A stretch of 64,000 nt of DNA from Methanobacteriota archaeon. Its GTDB lineage: Archaea; Thermoplasmatota; Poseidoniia; Poseidoniales; Thalassarchaeaceae. Below are positions 55,696 through 64,000 of this stretch, piece after piece (the first letter of the stretch is position 1; the number at the start of each line of letters is the position of its first letter). Under the pieces are notes generated by a model, which was given only the letters and a program-made list of their open reading frames with translations, made no database searches and had not been told where the DNA came from. The stretch lies in NCBI GenBank assembly GCA_016845345.1, contig JAERSV010000085.1:17832-81831 (forward strand). Reading direction: 5' to 3'. The translations under genes were made by a program, and so were the position numbers.

Positions 55696-57237
55696 ATGGA
55701 TTTCCCATCATGGATTGCTGACGCGCCGTTCAAATTCAGCAAGGTCTTAATCGCTAACCGTGGCGAAATTGCTTGCAGAATTATTCGTGGATGCAAAGAA
55801 ATGGGATTAGCCACTGTAGCAGTTTACAATGATGCCGATGCAAATGCAATGCATGTTGAATTAGCAGATGAATCAGTTCACTTAGAAGGTGAGGATTTAG
55901 CATCAACATACCTTTCAGCAAATTCGATAATCAATGCTTGTCGAATCAGTAGAGCGGATGCACTTCATCCCGGTTATGGCTTTCTTTCAGAGCGAGCAGA
56001 TTTTGCAGAGTTGGTAGGAGCAAGTGGCATAATTTGGATTGGTCCACCCTCAAATGCAATTGATTCTATGGGTGATAAAGTGAAAGCTCGTAGATTGATG
56101 CTTGATGCAGGTGTCCCACTTGTGCCTGGTGCTGAACTAACATCTCAAGATTCTCTGAACGATACTGTAGATGAATTACGCAGATTATCCAGCGACGTGG
56201 GTTTCCCAATTTTATTGAAAGCCTCAGCAGGTGGTGGCGGAAAAGGAATGAGAGCGGTTGAAACATCCGGAGAATTGGAGGCGGCTTATCTCTCAGCTAA
56301 GCGTGAAGCACTTTCTGCATTTGGAGATGATACTGTTTATCTAGAGAGGCGCATAGTTTCACCGCGCCATATTGAAATCCAAATTCTCTGTGATACTCAT
56401 GGAGGGGCAATTCACTTACTTGAGCGTGAATGTAGTATCCAAAGAAGACACCAGAAGGTTATCGAAGAAGCACCGAGTGTGGCAATTTCTGTTGAGATGC
56501 GAGAACAAATGGGCGAGGCAGCGATAAATGCTGCCAAAGCTGTTCATTATGTAGGTGCTGGCACTGTTGAATTCTTACTTTCAGGAGATGAGTTTTTCTT
56601 TTTGGAGATGAATACTCGCCTACAAGTAGAGCACCCGGTGACTGAACTAGTGACGGGGGTTGATTTGGTTCAGGAGCAATTACGAATTGCCGCGGGTCAT
56701 CCATTAGCAATTTCCCAAGAAGAAGTATTTCCTCGTGGCTGGGCAATTGAGGCCAGAATTTATTCCGAGGATGCGGCCAATGGATTCCTTCCAGCCACCG
56801 GGCCGTTAGCAATTTTCAGGGCACCAGAAGGACCGGGAATTCGTCTTGATACTGGTGTGAGGCAAGGTGATGAAGCGAGAATTGACTTTGACCCAATGCT
56901 TGCGAAACTCATTGTTCATGCGCCTGATAGACAGCGTGCAATTGAGAGAATGTCTCGGGCATTAGAGGATTTCATAATTTTAGGTGTCACCACAAATATT
57001 GAATTTTTAAGAAGTGTAATAATACATCCAAAATTTGCTAGTGGGGACACAACAACGGATTTCATTGAGTCAATTTGGTCTGATGGATGGAAGTCATTAG
57101 GTGACCCAGCAGCGGCTGTAATTGCCGCAGCAAGTGCTGAGAAAGCCGGCCTCCATTTGGGAGTACTAAGCGGTGAACTCGAAGATTCACCAGATCCATA
57201 TAATCCATTTTCCACATTGGCTAGGAGATATCCATGA
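55696..57237 (+). CDS. Biotin carboxylase subunit of acyl-CoA (methylcrotonyl-CoA) carboxylase, without a fused BCCP domain
   Basis: Matching blocks are KVLIANRGEIACRIIR, GYGFLSE, the ATP-grasp motif ILLKASAGGGGKGMR, EIQILCD, RRHQKVIEEAP and EMNTRLQVEHPVTE. Confidence 0.93.
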   Translation: MDFPSWIADAPFKFSKVLIANRGEIACRIIRGCKEMGLATVAVYNDADANAMHVELADESVHLEGEDLASTYLSANSIINACRISRADALHPGYGFLSERADFAELVGASGIIWIGPPSNAIDSMGDKVKARRLMLDAGVPLVPGAELTSQDSLNDTVDELRRLSSDVGFPILLKASAGGGGKGMRAVETSGELEAAYLSAKREALSAFGDDTVYLERRIVSPRHIEIQILCDTHGGAIHLLERECSIQRRHQKVIEEAPSVAISVEMREQMGEAAINAAKAVHYVGAGTVEFLLSGDEFFFLEMNTRLQVEHPVTELVTGVDLVQEQLRIAAGHPLAISQEEVFPRGWAIEARIYSEDAANGFLPATGPLAIFRAPEGPGIRLDTGVRQGDEARIDFDPMLAKLIVHAPDRQRAIERMSRALEDFIILGVTTNIEFLRSVIIHPKFASGDTTTDFIESIWSDGWKSLGDPAAAVIAAASAEKAGLHLGVLSGELEDSPDPYNPFSTLARRYP

Positions 57238-57247
57238 GGTGCACAAA

Positions 57248-57757
57248 ATGAAAGAATTCATCAATCAAACAGATGACAGTAAGTGGGCTGTTGGTGTTAT
57301 TGATACCAAAGATGGTTACTCTGCAATCAAGATTGAAAATGATGGAGAACCGCTAGACCTTCAAGATTGGCGAATTTCACTCGACAAAATTAGTGACGAA
57401 GCGGTGCTGGAACGCGGTGAAGGAGAGGAACGGATGGTGCTTGTCAAGGTTGAGGATACCTGGTGGATTCATCATAATGGCCACATCTCAAGAGTGGAAG
57501 TTGTAGAACGAGGCGCAGTGAGCACCTTCGATAGCATGGGTGGGTTAACGTCTCCAATGCCTGGAAAAATTCTCAACGTCATGGCTTCTGTAGGTGAACC
57601 CGTAGACAAAGGACAGACATTGCTGATTTTAGAAGCGATGAAAATGGAAAACCGTATTTGCTCTCCAGTTGATGGTATTGTGTCAGCAATCCACTATGAT
57701 GTGGGAGACCAAGTTAATCAAGGAGCCATCCTTATCGCAATTGAAGAGTCTGATTAA
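57248..57757 (+). CDS. Biotin carboxyl carrier protein (biotinyl/lipoyl domain) with a roughly 95-aa N-terminal extension
   Basis: The C-terminal domain is SPMPGKILNVMASVGEPVDKGQTLLILEAMKMENRICSPVDGIVSAIHYDVGDQV, with the biotinylation motif AMKM. ATG 57248 is preceded by GAGGTG. Confidence 0.88.
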   Translation: MKEFINQTDDSKWAVGVIDTKDGYSAIKIENDGEPLDLQDWRISLDKISDEAVLERGEGEERMVLVKVEDTWWIHHNGHISRVEVVERGAVSTFDSMGGLTSPMPGKILNVMASVGEPVDKGQTLLILEAMKMENRICSPVDGIVSAIHYDVGDQVNQGAILIAIEESD

Positions 57758-57774
57758 TCAATTGGAAAATCAAT

Positions 57775-59058
57775 TTACCAATTGCAAGATTGGAGTATTT
57801 TTTGACCGTGTATATACGGTTGTAGAGCCGCTGGAATCTGGACCAATCCATCTTCCATCTGATTTTGTTCAATTATTGCTACCAAAGCTCTGCTTGTAGC
57901 AACCGCCGTTGAGTTCAAAGTGTGGACAGCCTCATTTCCATCTGCTGTACGATATCGCATCCGTAGTCGATTGGCTTGGTAATCGGTGCAATTCGAACAT
58001 GATACCACTTCTTTGTAGGTTTCAACACCAGGGAGCCAAGCCTCTAAGTCGTATTTTTTAGCTGCAACAGTCCCCATATCTCCTGTACAAATATTGACAA
58101 TCTCGTAATGTAGTTCTAAGGAATTCCAAAGTTCGATACAGTTAGTGAGTAACTCTTCGTGTAATTCCCATGAATCGTCTGGCTTGCTAATGATTATTTG
58201 TTCAATTTTGGTAAATTGGTGAACTCTCCATATTCCCTTATCTGATTGGCCATGCGCGCCAACTTCTCGTCTAAAACAGGGGGATACACCGACCATTCTC
58301 AGAGGTAACATTGATGGTTCAATTACTTCATCCATGAACATTGCAGTTAGTGGGTGTTCGCTGGTTGCAATTGTGTAGAATCCTTCTGGTTGAACATTAT
58401 ACATTACTGTTTCAAAGTCACCTAAATCAGTAACGCCTTCGTACGCTTTACGGTTCATCATCACGGGAGGTTGTACAAGTGTGTATTCTCTAGATGTTAG
58501 GAAATCGATTGCGTATTGTTGTAATGCTAATTCCAATCGTGCAAGGTCTCCTTTCAGGAAATAAAAGCGACTACCAGCAATTTTTGCAGCGCGGGGTAGG
58601 TCAACCCAATTGTTCATGTCAACAAGTTCGTTGTGGGTTTTTGGACTAAACGAAAAATCTTGTTTCGTACCATGTTTACTGTGTTGTGTGTTTCCACCCT
58701 CGTCTTCTCCTATCGGAACACTTTCGTGGAGAATATTTGGAATCTTCATTCTCAGACTATCTCGAGTTTTGACGAGATTATCCGACTCAAGACCCAACTC
58801 ATCTATCTGTGCACCCAAGGTTGCGACTTCTGCTAAAATCTTCTCAGCCTGCTCATTGTTGCCAGCTTTTTTTGCTTCTGCAATTCCTTTTGCGGCCTGA
58901 TTGCGTTGACGACGCAGTTGGTCAGCATCGTAACGAGCCTTCTTCCACTCGTTATCAAGGCGTATTACTTCATCGATATTGTCGTGAGAAATGCCTCTCT
59001 TGTCGTGGTCAGCACGAACAATATCAGCGTGGTCACGAAACATCTTGATGTCTAACAT
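57775..59058 (-). CDS. serS: Seryl-tRNA synthetase
   Basis: The N-terminal coiled-coil arm starts MLDIKMFRDH.. The class II motifs are present: FRRE (CFRREVGAHG), GTVAAKKYDLEAW and NSTAVATSRALVAIIE. Confidence 0.93.
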   Translation of the reverse strand: MLDIKMFRDHADIVRADHDKRGISHDNIDEVIRLDNEWKKARYDADQLRRQRNQAAKGIAEAKKAGNNEQAEKILAEVATLGAQIDELGLESDNLVKTRDSLRMKIPNILHESVPIGEDEGGNTQHSKHGTKQDFSFSPKTHNELVDMNNWVDLPRAAKIAGSRFYFLKGDLARLELALQQYAIDFLTSREYTLVQPPVMMNRKAYEGVTDLGDFETVMYNVQPEGFYTIATSEHPLTAMFMDEVIEPSMLPLRMVGVSPCFRREVGAHGQSDKGIWRVHQFTKIEQIIISKPDDSWELHEELLTNCIELWNSLELHYEIVNICTGDMGTVAAKKYDLEAWLPGVETYKEVVSCSNCTDYQANRLRMRYRTADGNEAVHTLNSTAVATSRALVAIIEQNQMEDGLVQIPAALQPYIHGQKILQSCNW

Positions 59059-59107
59059 TTCCCTTCACCTCGCTGATGCCTTTCATCCTCTTGAACCCAC
59101 TCATCAT

Positions 59108-61279
59108 CTAGAATAATGTAATACCAAAGGAAACTGAGTCAAATCCTAAGGCGATAAATCCAGTGATTAAGTAACCTAGAATACTTCCCCCATTGAGTAA
59201 AGGTAACCCTGCTTGAGGACGGCCCATAGCCACATAGCCCATGAGAGTTAGATAACCAAGAAGGCCCCCAATGAGAGAGCCAATTGCAACGAACATCGGG
59301 TCACTCAATCCCATAATAGTACCACCAGATGGTAGGAAGGTTAGGGCGGATATGACTAACATGCCTGGGAATATGACATCCCCTAGACCCATGAATAATG
59401 CGTCACCGGTATTTTTCTTCGGGGGTGGCCGTGGTGGGGGAGGGGCCGAGGCTTTTGTGCCACTCTTGTGTGCACTTTCTTTCTTTGCAGATGCTGGTGT
59501 TTCGTCAATCCTGCTGATGGTATCCTCGCCCTCGTCAAGGAAGGAGTATCCCTTATCTTGGGGTGCAACTAACAAAATTGGCAGTTTGAGCCCTATCATC
59601 GTGTCTGCTAGATCAAGCATGTGCTTTGATTTGTAAACAGCATACCAATCATAAACTGCGGCAACAACCATGAAAATTAGAATTAGAGTTGGGACAAAAC
59701 TTACCCCAATGATGGTAATAACGCCTGCACCTGTTAGAATCCCTGTGGTGTTCACCACATACCATTCAGGTCTGATTGTAAGTGCAATCATCAGAATAGT
59801 TGAAGCAATTAAGGCGACTATTTGTGACCAGTAAATTGGCAGCCAGTAGCCAGCAGAATCTTCGAGAATTATTGCTGGTTCATTGACTGGTGTTGCAATG
59901 ACAGCACTTTGGGTAGTGTTTACAGTATAAGTTGTAAGGACACCATCTTCAATACCGATTTCATCCCATGCGGGGGCATCAATCGTGTGGAGTATCATGT
60001 CTATAGGACCCTGTGAAACCGGTCCATCCATGGTTAAACTCTCAACCATTACCCAACCTGAAAACATACGTGTTTCTCCTCCGGATGCAATCCAAACATC
60101 AACTCTGCCATCATGTTGGTCATCTGCAAGCATAATGCCTTGAATTTCAGAATCAAATGCATCACGCTCGTTGAATTTTATATGTTCCTCAACAGTCATT
60201 TCCGCACCATCCCAAACAAAACCGTAGACTTTGCCTTGCTCAGTTCCTAACATCAACAAACTGTCAGTTGAATTTTCATTCCACCAATTATACCCACTCC
60301 ATGGAGAGTGCCCAAAGGTGGAAGCAGTGAATGCGTCTCCAGAATTAGGTGTAACTTGCCAGAGAATAGTTGCATTTACCAAATTAGGGCCGCCGTTATG
60401 TTGACTATCTGGGATTTCAATAATACCTGCCCAGCCAAGAGATACTACTAGTAGAGTGTTTTCATCAAGCATACTACCTTGCATAAATTCCGCAGAATTA
60501 AATTGCTCTGGGAGCATATAGGTCCAAGTGGGATAAGTAGCATTCGGGTTGTGGAATGGGTCAACTCTTACCATCAAATTGTTGTAGATTGTCCAGTCGT
60601 TTTCTTCTGCAGAAAAGCCAGCAACACACGTGACTCCAGTATGATTTTTGCGGGGGGTTCCATCAGATTTGTCAAAAGATTGCCATCTATTCCCATCACA
60701 CATAACATAGGAATCAAGGTTGTCAACTATCCCAATTCCAAGGGCTGAATAACCACCATCATGATAGAGTGAGAACTCCCAATCCACGACTGCTGAGTGA
60801 CCACTTTCCAAGCCACTTGGTTCTCTCATTTTGAGTAGATGTGTTCCGTTGGTTACAAAGAAAGAAGAAGGCTCGTAATCAACGAAGAGAATTTCACCAT
60901 TTAGGTCCATTTCATCCCGGTATTCAACGGCTGGTTGAGCATCATCCATTGCAAATGATGCCAGAGGAATCATCGCATAAGAAAGAGAAATCCATAGGAC
61001 AAAAAGAACTCCCCACTTGATAATGGATTGAAGCCCTCTTTTGGCTAACCAGATGATAAATGCAGTGAAAACTAGAATCAAGATAAATTCCAAGCCAATT
61101 AAGCCAACTTTTGTGGTTCCGGACTCACCAAATGCTCTTGCTTCTGGTCGATCCCAAAACGGCTGAATGTAGATAGCAAGCAATATTGTGCCAACAAACA
61201 TTACCCCCATCGTAGTCATTGATCGCCATTGGTCAGCCATCAAAGAAAGGATGTTCGCGAAGCGACTCTCACCGGTCAT
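59108..61279 (-). CDS. Presenilin/signal-peptide-peptidase-type (A22) intramembrane aspartyl protease with a large inserted extracytoplasmic domain
   Basis: The C-terminal half carries the three family signatures in order: VYDWYAVY (YD), FMGLGDVIFPG (GxGD) and GRPQAGLPLLNGG (PAL-like). A Pro-rich cytoplasmic loop lies between YD and GxGD. About 400 aa of non-membrane sequence sits between early TM helices and the catalytic TMs. I chose ATG 61279 to avoid overlap with folC. Confidence 0.7.
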   Translation of the reverse strand: MTGESRFANILSLMADQWRSMTTMGVMFVGTILLAIYIQPFWDRPEARAFGESGTTKVGLIGLEFILILVFTAFIIWLAKRGLQSIIKWGVLFVLWISLSYAMIPLASFAMDDAQPAVEYRDEMDLNGEILFVDYEPSSFFVTNGTHLLKMREPSGLESGHSAVVDWEFSLYHDGGYSALGIGIVDNLDSYVMCDGNRWQSFDKSDGTPRKNHTGVTCVAGFSAEENDWTIYNNLMVRVDPFHNPNATYPTWTYMLPEQFNSAEFMQGSMLDENTLLVVSLGWAGIIEIPDSQHNGGPNLVNATILWQVTPNSGDAFTASTFGHSPWSGYNWWNENSTDSLLMLGTEQGKVYGFVWDGAEMTVEEHIKFNERDAFDSEIQGIMLADDQHDGRVDVWIASGGETRMFSGWVMVESLTMDGPVSQGPIDMILHTIDAPAWDEIGIEDGVLTTYTVNTTQSAVIATPVNEPAIILEDSAGYWLPIYWSQIVALIASTILMIALTIRPEWYVVNTTGILTGAGVITIIGVSFVPTLILIFMVVAAVYDWYAVYKSKHMLDLADTMIGLKLPILLVAPQDKGYSFLDEGEDTISRIDETPASAKKESAHKSGTKASAPPPPRPPPKKNTGDALFMGLGDVIFPGMLVISALTFLPSGGTIMGLSDPMFVAIGSLIGGLLGYLTLMGYVAMGRPQAGLPLLNGGSILGYLITGFIALGFDSVSFGITLF

Positions 61280-61390
61280 GTCTACGGCGAGAGTGAAAAC
61301 CCATTTGAAAGCGAGGGTCACAAGAGACAGTGTGGGCGGGTATCTGTGAGTGAAGTTCGAAAGTGGTTCACGGGCTTGAAAGTGCTTGGA

Positions 61391-62698
61391 ATGCGCCAAA
61401 ATCTTGAAACAACTGCAATTTTATTGTCCCGTCTTGGAATGCCACACCTAAAATTTCCATCAATCCATGTTGCAGGTAGTAATGGCAAAGGAACTGTTTG
61501 CTCAATTCTGTCAAATTGCTTGTCGCTGGCGGGTATGAGTTGCGGCCTGTTTACCTCACCCCATCTCTGTTTTGTTGAGGAGAGAGTAAGAATAGATGGA
61601 GTGCCCATCTCTACAAAAATATTCGACCAGTGCCTTGAGAGAATAAGAGAAGGGGCGTTAGTTGAACCCGTTACAATGCCAACTTATTATGAGGCTACTT
61701 TTCTTGTTGCAATGCTGGCATTTGAAGATGCTGGAATTGACCGAGCAGTAATTGAGACTGGACTTGGTGGCAGACTTGATTCGACGAGATTAGTTCACGC
61801 AGATTGTTGCGTTCTCACAGAGTTGGCACTTGAACACACCGATGTTTTAGGCGAAACCCTGGGTGAAATTGCTGCTGAAAAGGCTGCAATTGCTCGGCCT
61901 GGTGAGATTTTTCTTGCCAAATGGACTTATGATGCCGGGGCACGAAAAGCAATAGAAGATGCTGTTGCAAATCACAAACTAGGTTTCTGGTGGAGACCAG
62001 ATAGAGCCCTATTAGTTCGTTTTGATGATACTGGCAAGAGTCATCGCCCAATTTCAGAAATTGCTTCTCCAAGTGGCTGGTCACCCTATCAGAAAGAAGC
62101 ATCAATTCTCGCTCATGCTACCTTGACTTTGCTCGATTTATTTGAAGCTGCTAATATGATGACTAGCGCCCTATTGCATACGGTTTGGCCGGGTCGTGTT
62201 CAATGGCTTGAACACGAGGGAGTTCCAATTCTAATAGATGCGGCCCACAATCCAAGTGGAATGCAAAAAATTTGCAATCAATTATGCGTTCAGATGGAGC
62301 AAGATGAAGCCCCCACGCCTGGAGTCGTGCTGTTAGGTTGCACAGCGCAGACAGATGTTGTTGGATTTCTCAATCCGCTTGTGGAACTACTCGTTGCGGG
62401 TGAGGTTGGCCATGTTGTGGTCACTGAGCCAAAAAAAGGAAGGAGGCAGGCGATTTCAACAACAGAGTTAGCCGCTGAATTAGAGGCACAAGGGGTTCTA
62501 GCAGTAATTGAGAAAATAAAAAATCCAGCAGATGCACTGCAAAGAGCATTGGAATTGTCAAAACAAGATGCCAGTCAACCAATCCTCGGAATTGGTTCGA
62601 TTTATTTGGTAGGGAATATACTAACAGCACTTGGATTAGATACAGTAGACGCGATGACAACCCTACGTCCTTCAGATGAAGGGGTGCATTGGACATGA
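61391..62698 (+). CDS. folC: Folylpolyglutamate synthase / dihydrofolate synthase (Mur-ligase family)
   Basis: The P-loop is IHVAGSNGKGTVCS. Also present are ETGLGGRLDSTR, IAAEKAAI and DAAHNP. ATG is at 61391 (MRQNLETTAILLSRLG); the track start at 61229 overlaps the divergent gene. Confidence 0.88.
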   Translation: MRQNLETTAILLSRLGMPHLKFPSIHVAGSNGKGTVCSILSNCLSLAGMSCGLFTSPHLCFVEERVRIDGVPISTKIFDQCLERIREGALVEPVTMPTYYEATFLVAMLAFEDAGIDRAVIETGLGGRLDSTRLVHADCCVLTELALEHTDVLGETLGEIAAEKAAIARPGEIFLAKWTYDAGARKAIEDAVANHKLGFWWRPDRALLVRFDDTGKSHRPISEIASPSGWSPYQKEASILAHATLTLLDLFEAANMMTSALLHTVWPGRVQWLEHEGVPILIDAAHNPSGMQKICNQLCVQMEQDEAPTPGVVLLGCTAQTDVVGFLNPLVELLVAGEVGHVVVTEPKKGRRQAISTTELAAELEAQGVLAVIEKIKNPADALQRALELSKQDASQPILGIGSIYLVGNILTALGLDTVDAMTTLRPSDEGVHWT

Positions 62699-62749
62699 CG
62701 GTATCATCATTAGGTTGTCTCGTTACGACAGGCATTGTCGGTGGTTGAT

Positions 62750-63229
62750 ATGAAGGAGAAACATCTGAAAATTCGCATTGAGCAGTGCTTGACATTAGCA
62801 AAGGCCAGTAATTGCCCTAGGGCAAAATTTGGCTCACTCCTCGTCGACCCAGACCGCAATGTCATCTTGATGGATGGATATAATGGAGGCCCGCGAGGCG
62901 GAGGCGATTTGTGCGGTGGAGATGTTTGTTTACGAGATACCGAAAAAGTCGTTTCAGGAACAAGGGTAGAAGTGGGATGTCATCACGCAGAAATGAATGT
63001 GATTTGCAATGCAGCAGCAAATGGAGTTCCAACAAAAAATGCTTGGCTAATTGTTACCGGTGAACCTTGTATGATGTGCGCTAAATTGATTCATCATTCG
63101 GGTGTATCAAGAGTAATCGTCGTCGATGGTGGTTTTGGAGGTGCAAACGGTGTGGAGTATCTTGAAAATCATGGAGTAATGGTGCAACGAACAGATGGAC
63201 CAAAAGACCCTCGTGGAGATTTAAAATAA
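62750..63229 (+). CDS. Deoxycytidylate (dCMP) deaminase / CMP-dCMP deaminase zinc-binding protein
   Basis: The zinc motifs HAEMNVICNAA and PCMMCAKLI are correctly spaced. The length is about 160 aa. Confidence 0.88.
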   Translation: MKEKHLKIRIEQCLTLAKASNCPRAKFGSLLVDPDRNVILMDGYNGGPRGGGDLCGGDVCLRDTEKVVSGTRVEVGCHHAEMNVICNAAANGVPTKNAWLIVTGEPCMMCAKLIHHSGVSRVIVVDGGFGGANGVEYLENHGVMVQRTDGPKDPRGDLK

Positions 63230-63235
63230 GGTGAA

Positions 63236-63784
63236 TCATTCATCAAATGAATCAATCAACGCTTGCAATTGACTGTGCAACTCATCTACATCCCCATCGT
63301 TTTGAATTACAACATCTGCCATTGCGGCAGTGGCGATTAATGCTTGGCCACTTTCATCGTGAGCAACTAATTCAGATTCTTCTTGCTCAACAAATTGCTC
63401 ATAATTTTCAGCATCTCCAGTACGACCACGGGAAACTAAACGGTCCCATCGCACTTCTCTTGATGTACGGATTTCAATCATGATGAAATCGTCACGCTTT
63501 CGTAGAGCCTCAACTTCAGCAGGAGTCCTAATACTGTCAATCGCATGATTTCCACCCTCACCAATACGGTCAAGCAACATTTCTGCTAAAATTCCAGGGC
63601 CACCCATTGCTCGGAGTTTTCTTCCCCCATCAATGAGATTGTCACGATTTATTTCACGGCCATTAGAGCGTAGCCAGTGGCGAATGGAGTCAGAACATGA
63701 ATTCACACCAAAGCCACGTGCCTTGAACCACTCAATAACAGTGGTTTTTCCAGATGCATTACGTCCAGTTAACCCAACTAACAT
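63236..63784 (-). CDS. P-loop nucleotide/nucleoside kinase (dephospho-CoA kinase / dNMP kinase-like)
   Basis: The N-terminus is MLVGLTGRNASGKTTV (Walker A), with IDSIRTPAEVEALR also present. The size is about 180 aa. The exact substrate is not assignable. ATG is at 63784; the track start is GTG at 63805. Confidence 0.65.
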   Translation of the reverse strand: MLVGLTGRNASGKTTVIEWFKARGFGVNSCSDSIRHWLRSNGREINRDNLIDGGRKLRAMGGPGILAEMLLDRIGEGGNHAIDSIRTPAEVEALRKRDDFIMIEIRTSREVRWDRLVSRGRTGDAENYEQFVEQEESELVAHDESGQALIATAAMADVVIQNDGDVDELHSQLQALIDSFDE

Positions 63785-63840
63785 TAAAGGCACCGAGTAT
63801 GCCACTGTTCAAAGCAATAACGGCAACAGTCAAGATTTGA

Positions 63841-64000
63841 ATCAGGCCCAAAATCTTCTTGTTCTAGCATAATTAAGTTCAGCATCATGAATTATTTTCA
63901 GCATTAATTCTCGTTCTCCCTTCGGAACTCGATTGAGAATTCGGCTAGCGGTTTCTTCACCGACTCCTCTAGCCATCAAGCAGATTAGGGCTTCCATCCC
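63841..64000 (-). CDS. C-terminal end of a larger protein running off the right edge (possibly an Lhr-type DEAD/DEAH helicase C-terminus)
   Basis: Hand translation of the minus strand gives GMEALICLMARGVGEETASRILNRVPKGERELMLKIIHDAELNYARTRRFWA, with the stop at 63841-63843. The helix-hairpin-helix-like GVGEETASRIL and the ..RTRRFW ending recall archaeal Lhr-like helicase tails. This is from memory and weak. Confidence 0.4.

Noticed and set aside
59271-59636. 121-aa plus-strand ORF with GGGRGGGG run
   Set aside because: It is antisense to the proline-rich loop (PPPPRPPP) of the presenilin-like gene. It is a compositional mirror image.

Overview
This window reads as a 64-kb piece of an archaeal chromosome. 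The information-processing genes are archaeal: family-B DNA polymerase, EF-1alpha plus S10, a GINS-like protein, the L7Ae-S28e-L24e-ndk-aIF5B cluster, deoxyhypusine synthase and SerRS. Mixed in are heterotroph and membrane functions: BCAT, a methylcrotonyl-CoA carboxylase / enoyl-CoA hydratase (leucine catabolism) cluster, a UbiA/UbiD/geranylgeranyl-reductase isoprenoid-quinone group, CcmF, UvrB, FolC and dCMP deaminase. Several very large secreted or membrane-anchored proteins are also present. The gene content and roughly 40-47% GC (estimated by eye) suggest an uncultured marine planktonic euryarchaeon of the Marine Group II / Poseidoniales type, but this is inference only. I support about 46 protein genes (two run off the window edges), two tRNAs (Leu-CAA, Ile-GAT) and several repeats or hairpins. 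I saw no rRNA, no CRISPR array, and no transposase or integrase. Many ORF-track starts are the longest ATG/GTG/TTG extension, so I moved starts where conserved N-termini, neighbouring stops or Shine-Dalgarno-like GGAG boxes supported it. The most interesting places are: (1) tRNA-Leu followed by a thicket of direct and inverted copies of its own 3' end, just upstream of a metal-efflux/ArsR/zinc-ribbon cassette; (2) a co-directional zinc-ribbon / 871-aa coiled-coil / 812-aa propeller plus thrombospondin-type-3-repeat membrane protein trio with conserved short peptide motifs; (3) a ParA - ribbon-helix-helix-like - 83-aa module appended with an orphan MoxR ATPase to the conserved aIF5B operon; (4) a presenilin-type intramembrane protease carrying a roughly 400-aa ectodomain; (5) a convergent spacer made of two different tandem duplications; (6) a 544-bp AT-rich spacer with a recurring CAATTGA motif; (7) a prs gene whose conserved N-terminus lies upstream of any canonical start codon; (8) an excess of proteins ending in Glu-Glu alongside a RimK-type glutamate ligase. 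All homology statements come from motif recognition by eye. No database search was run.
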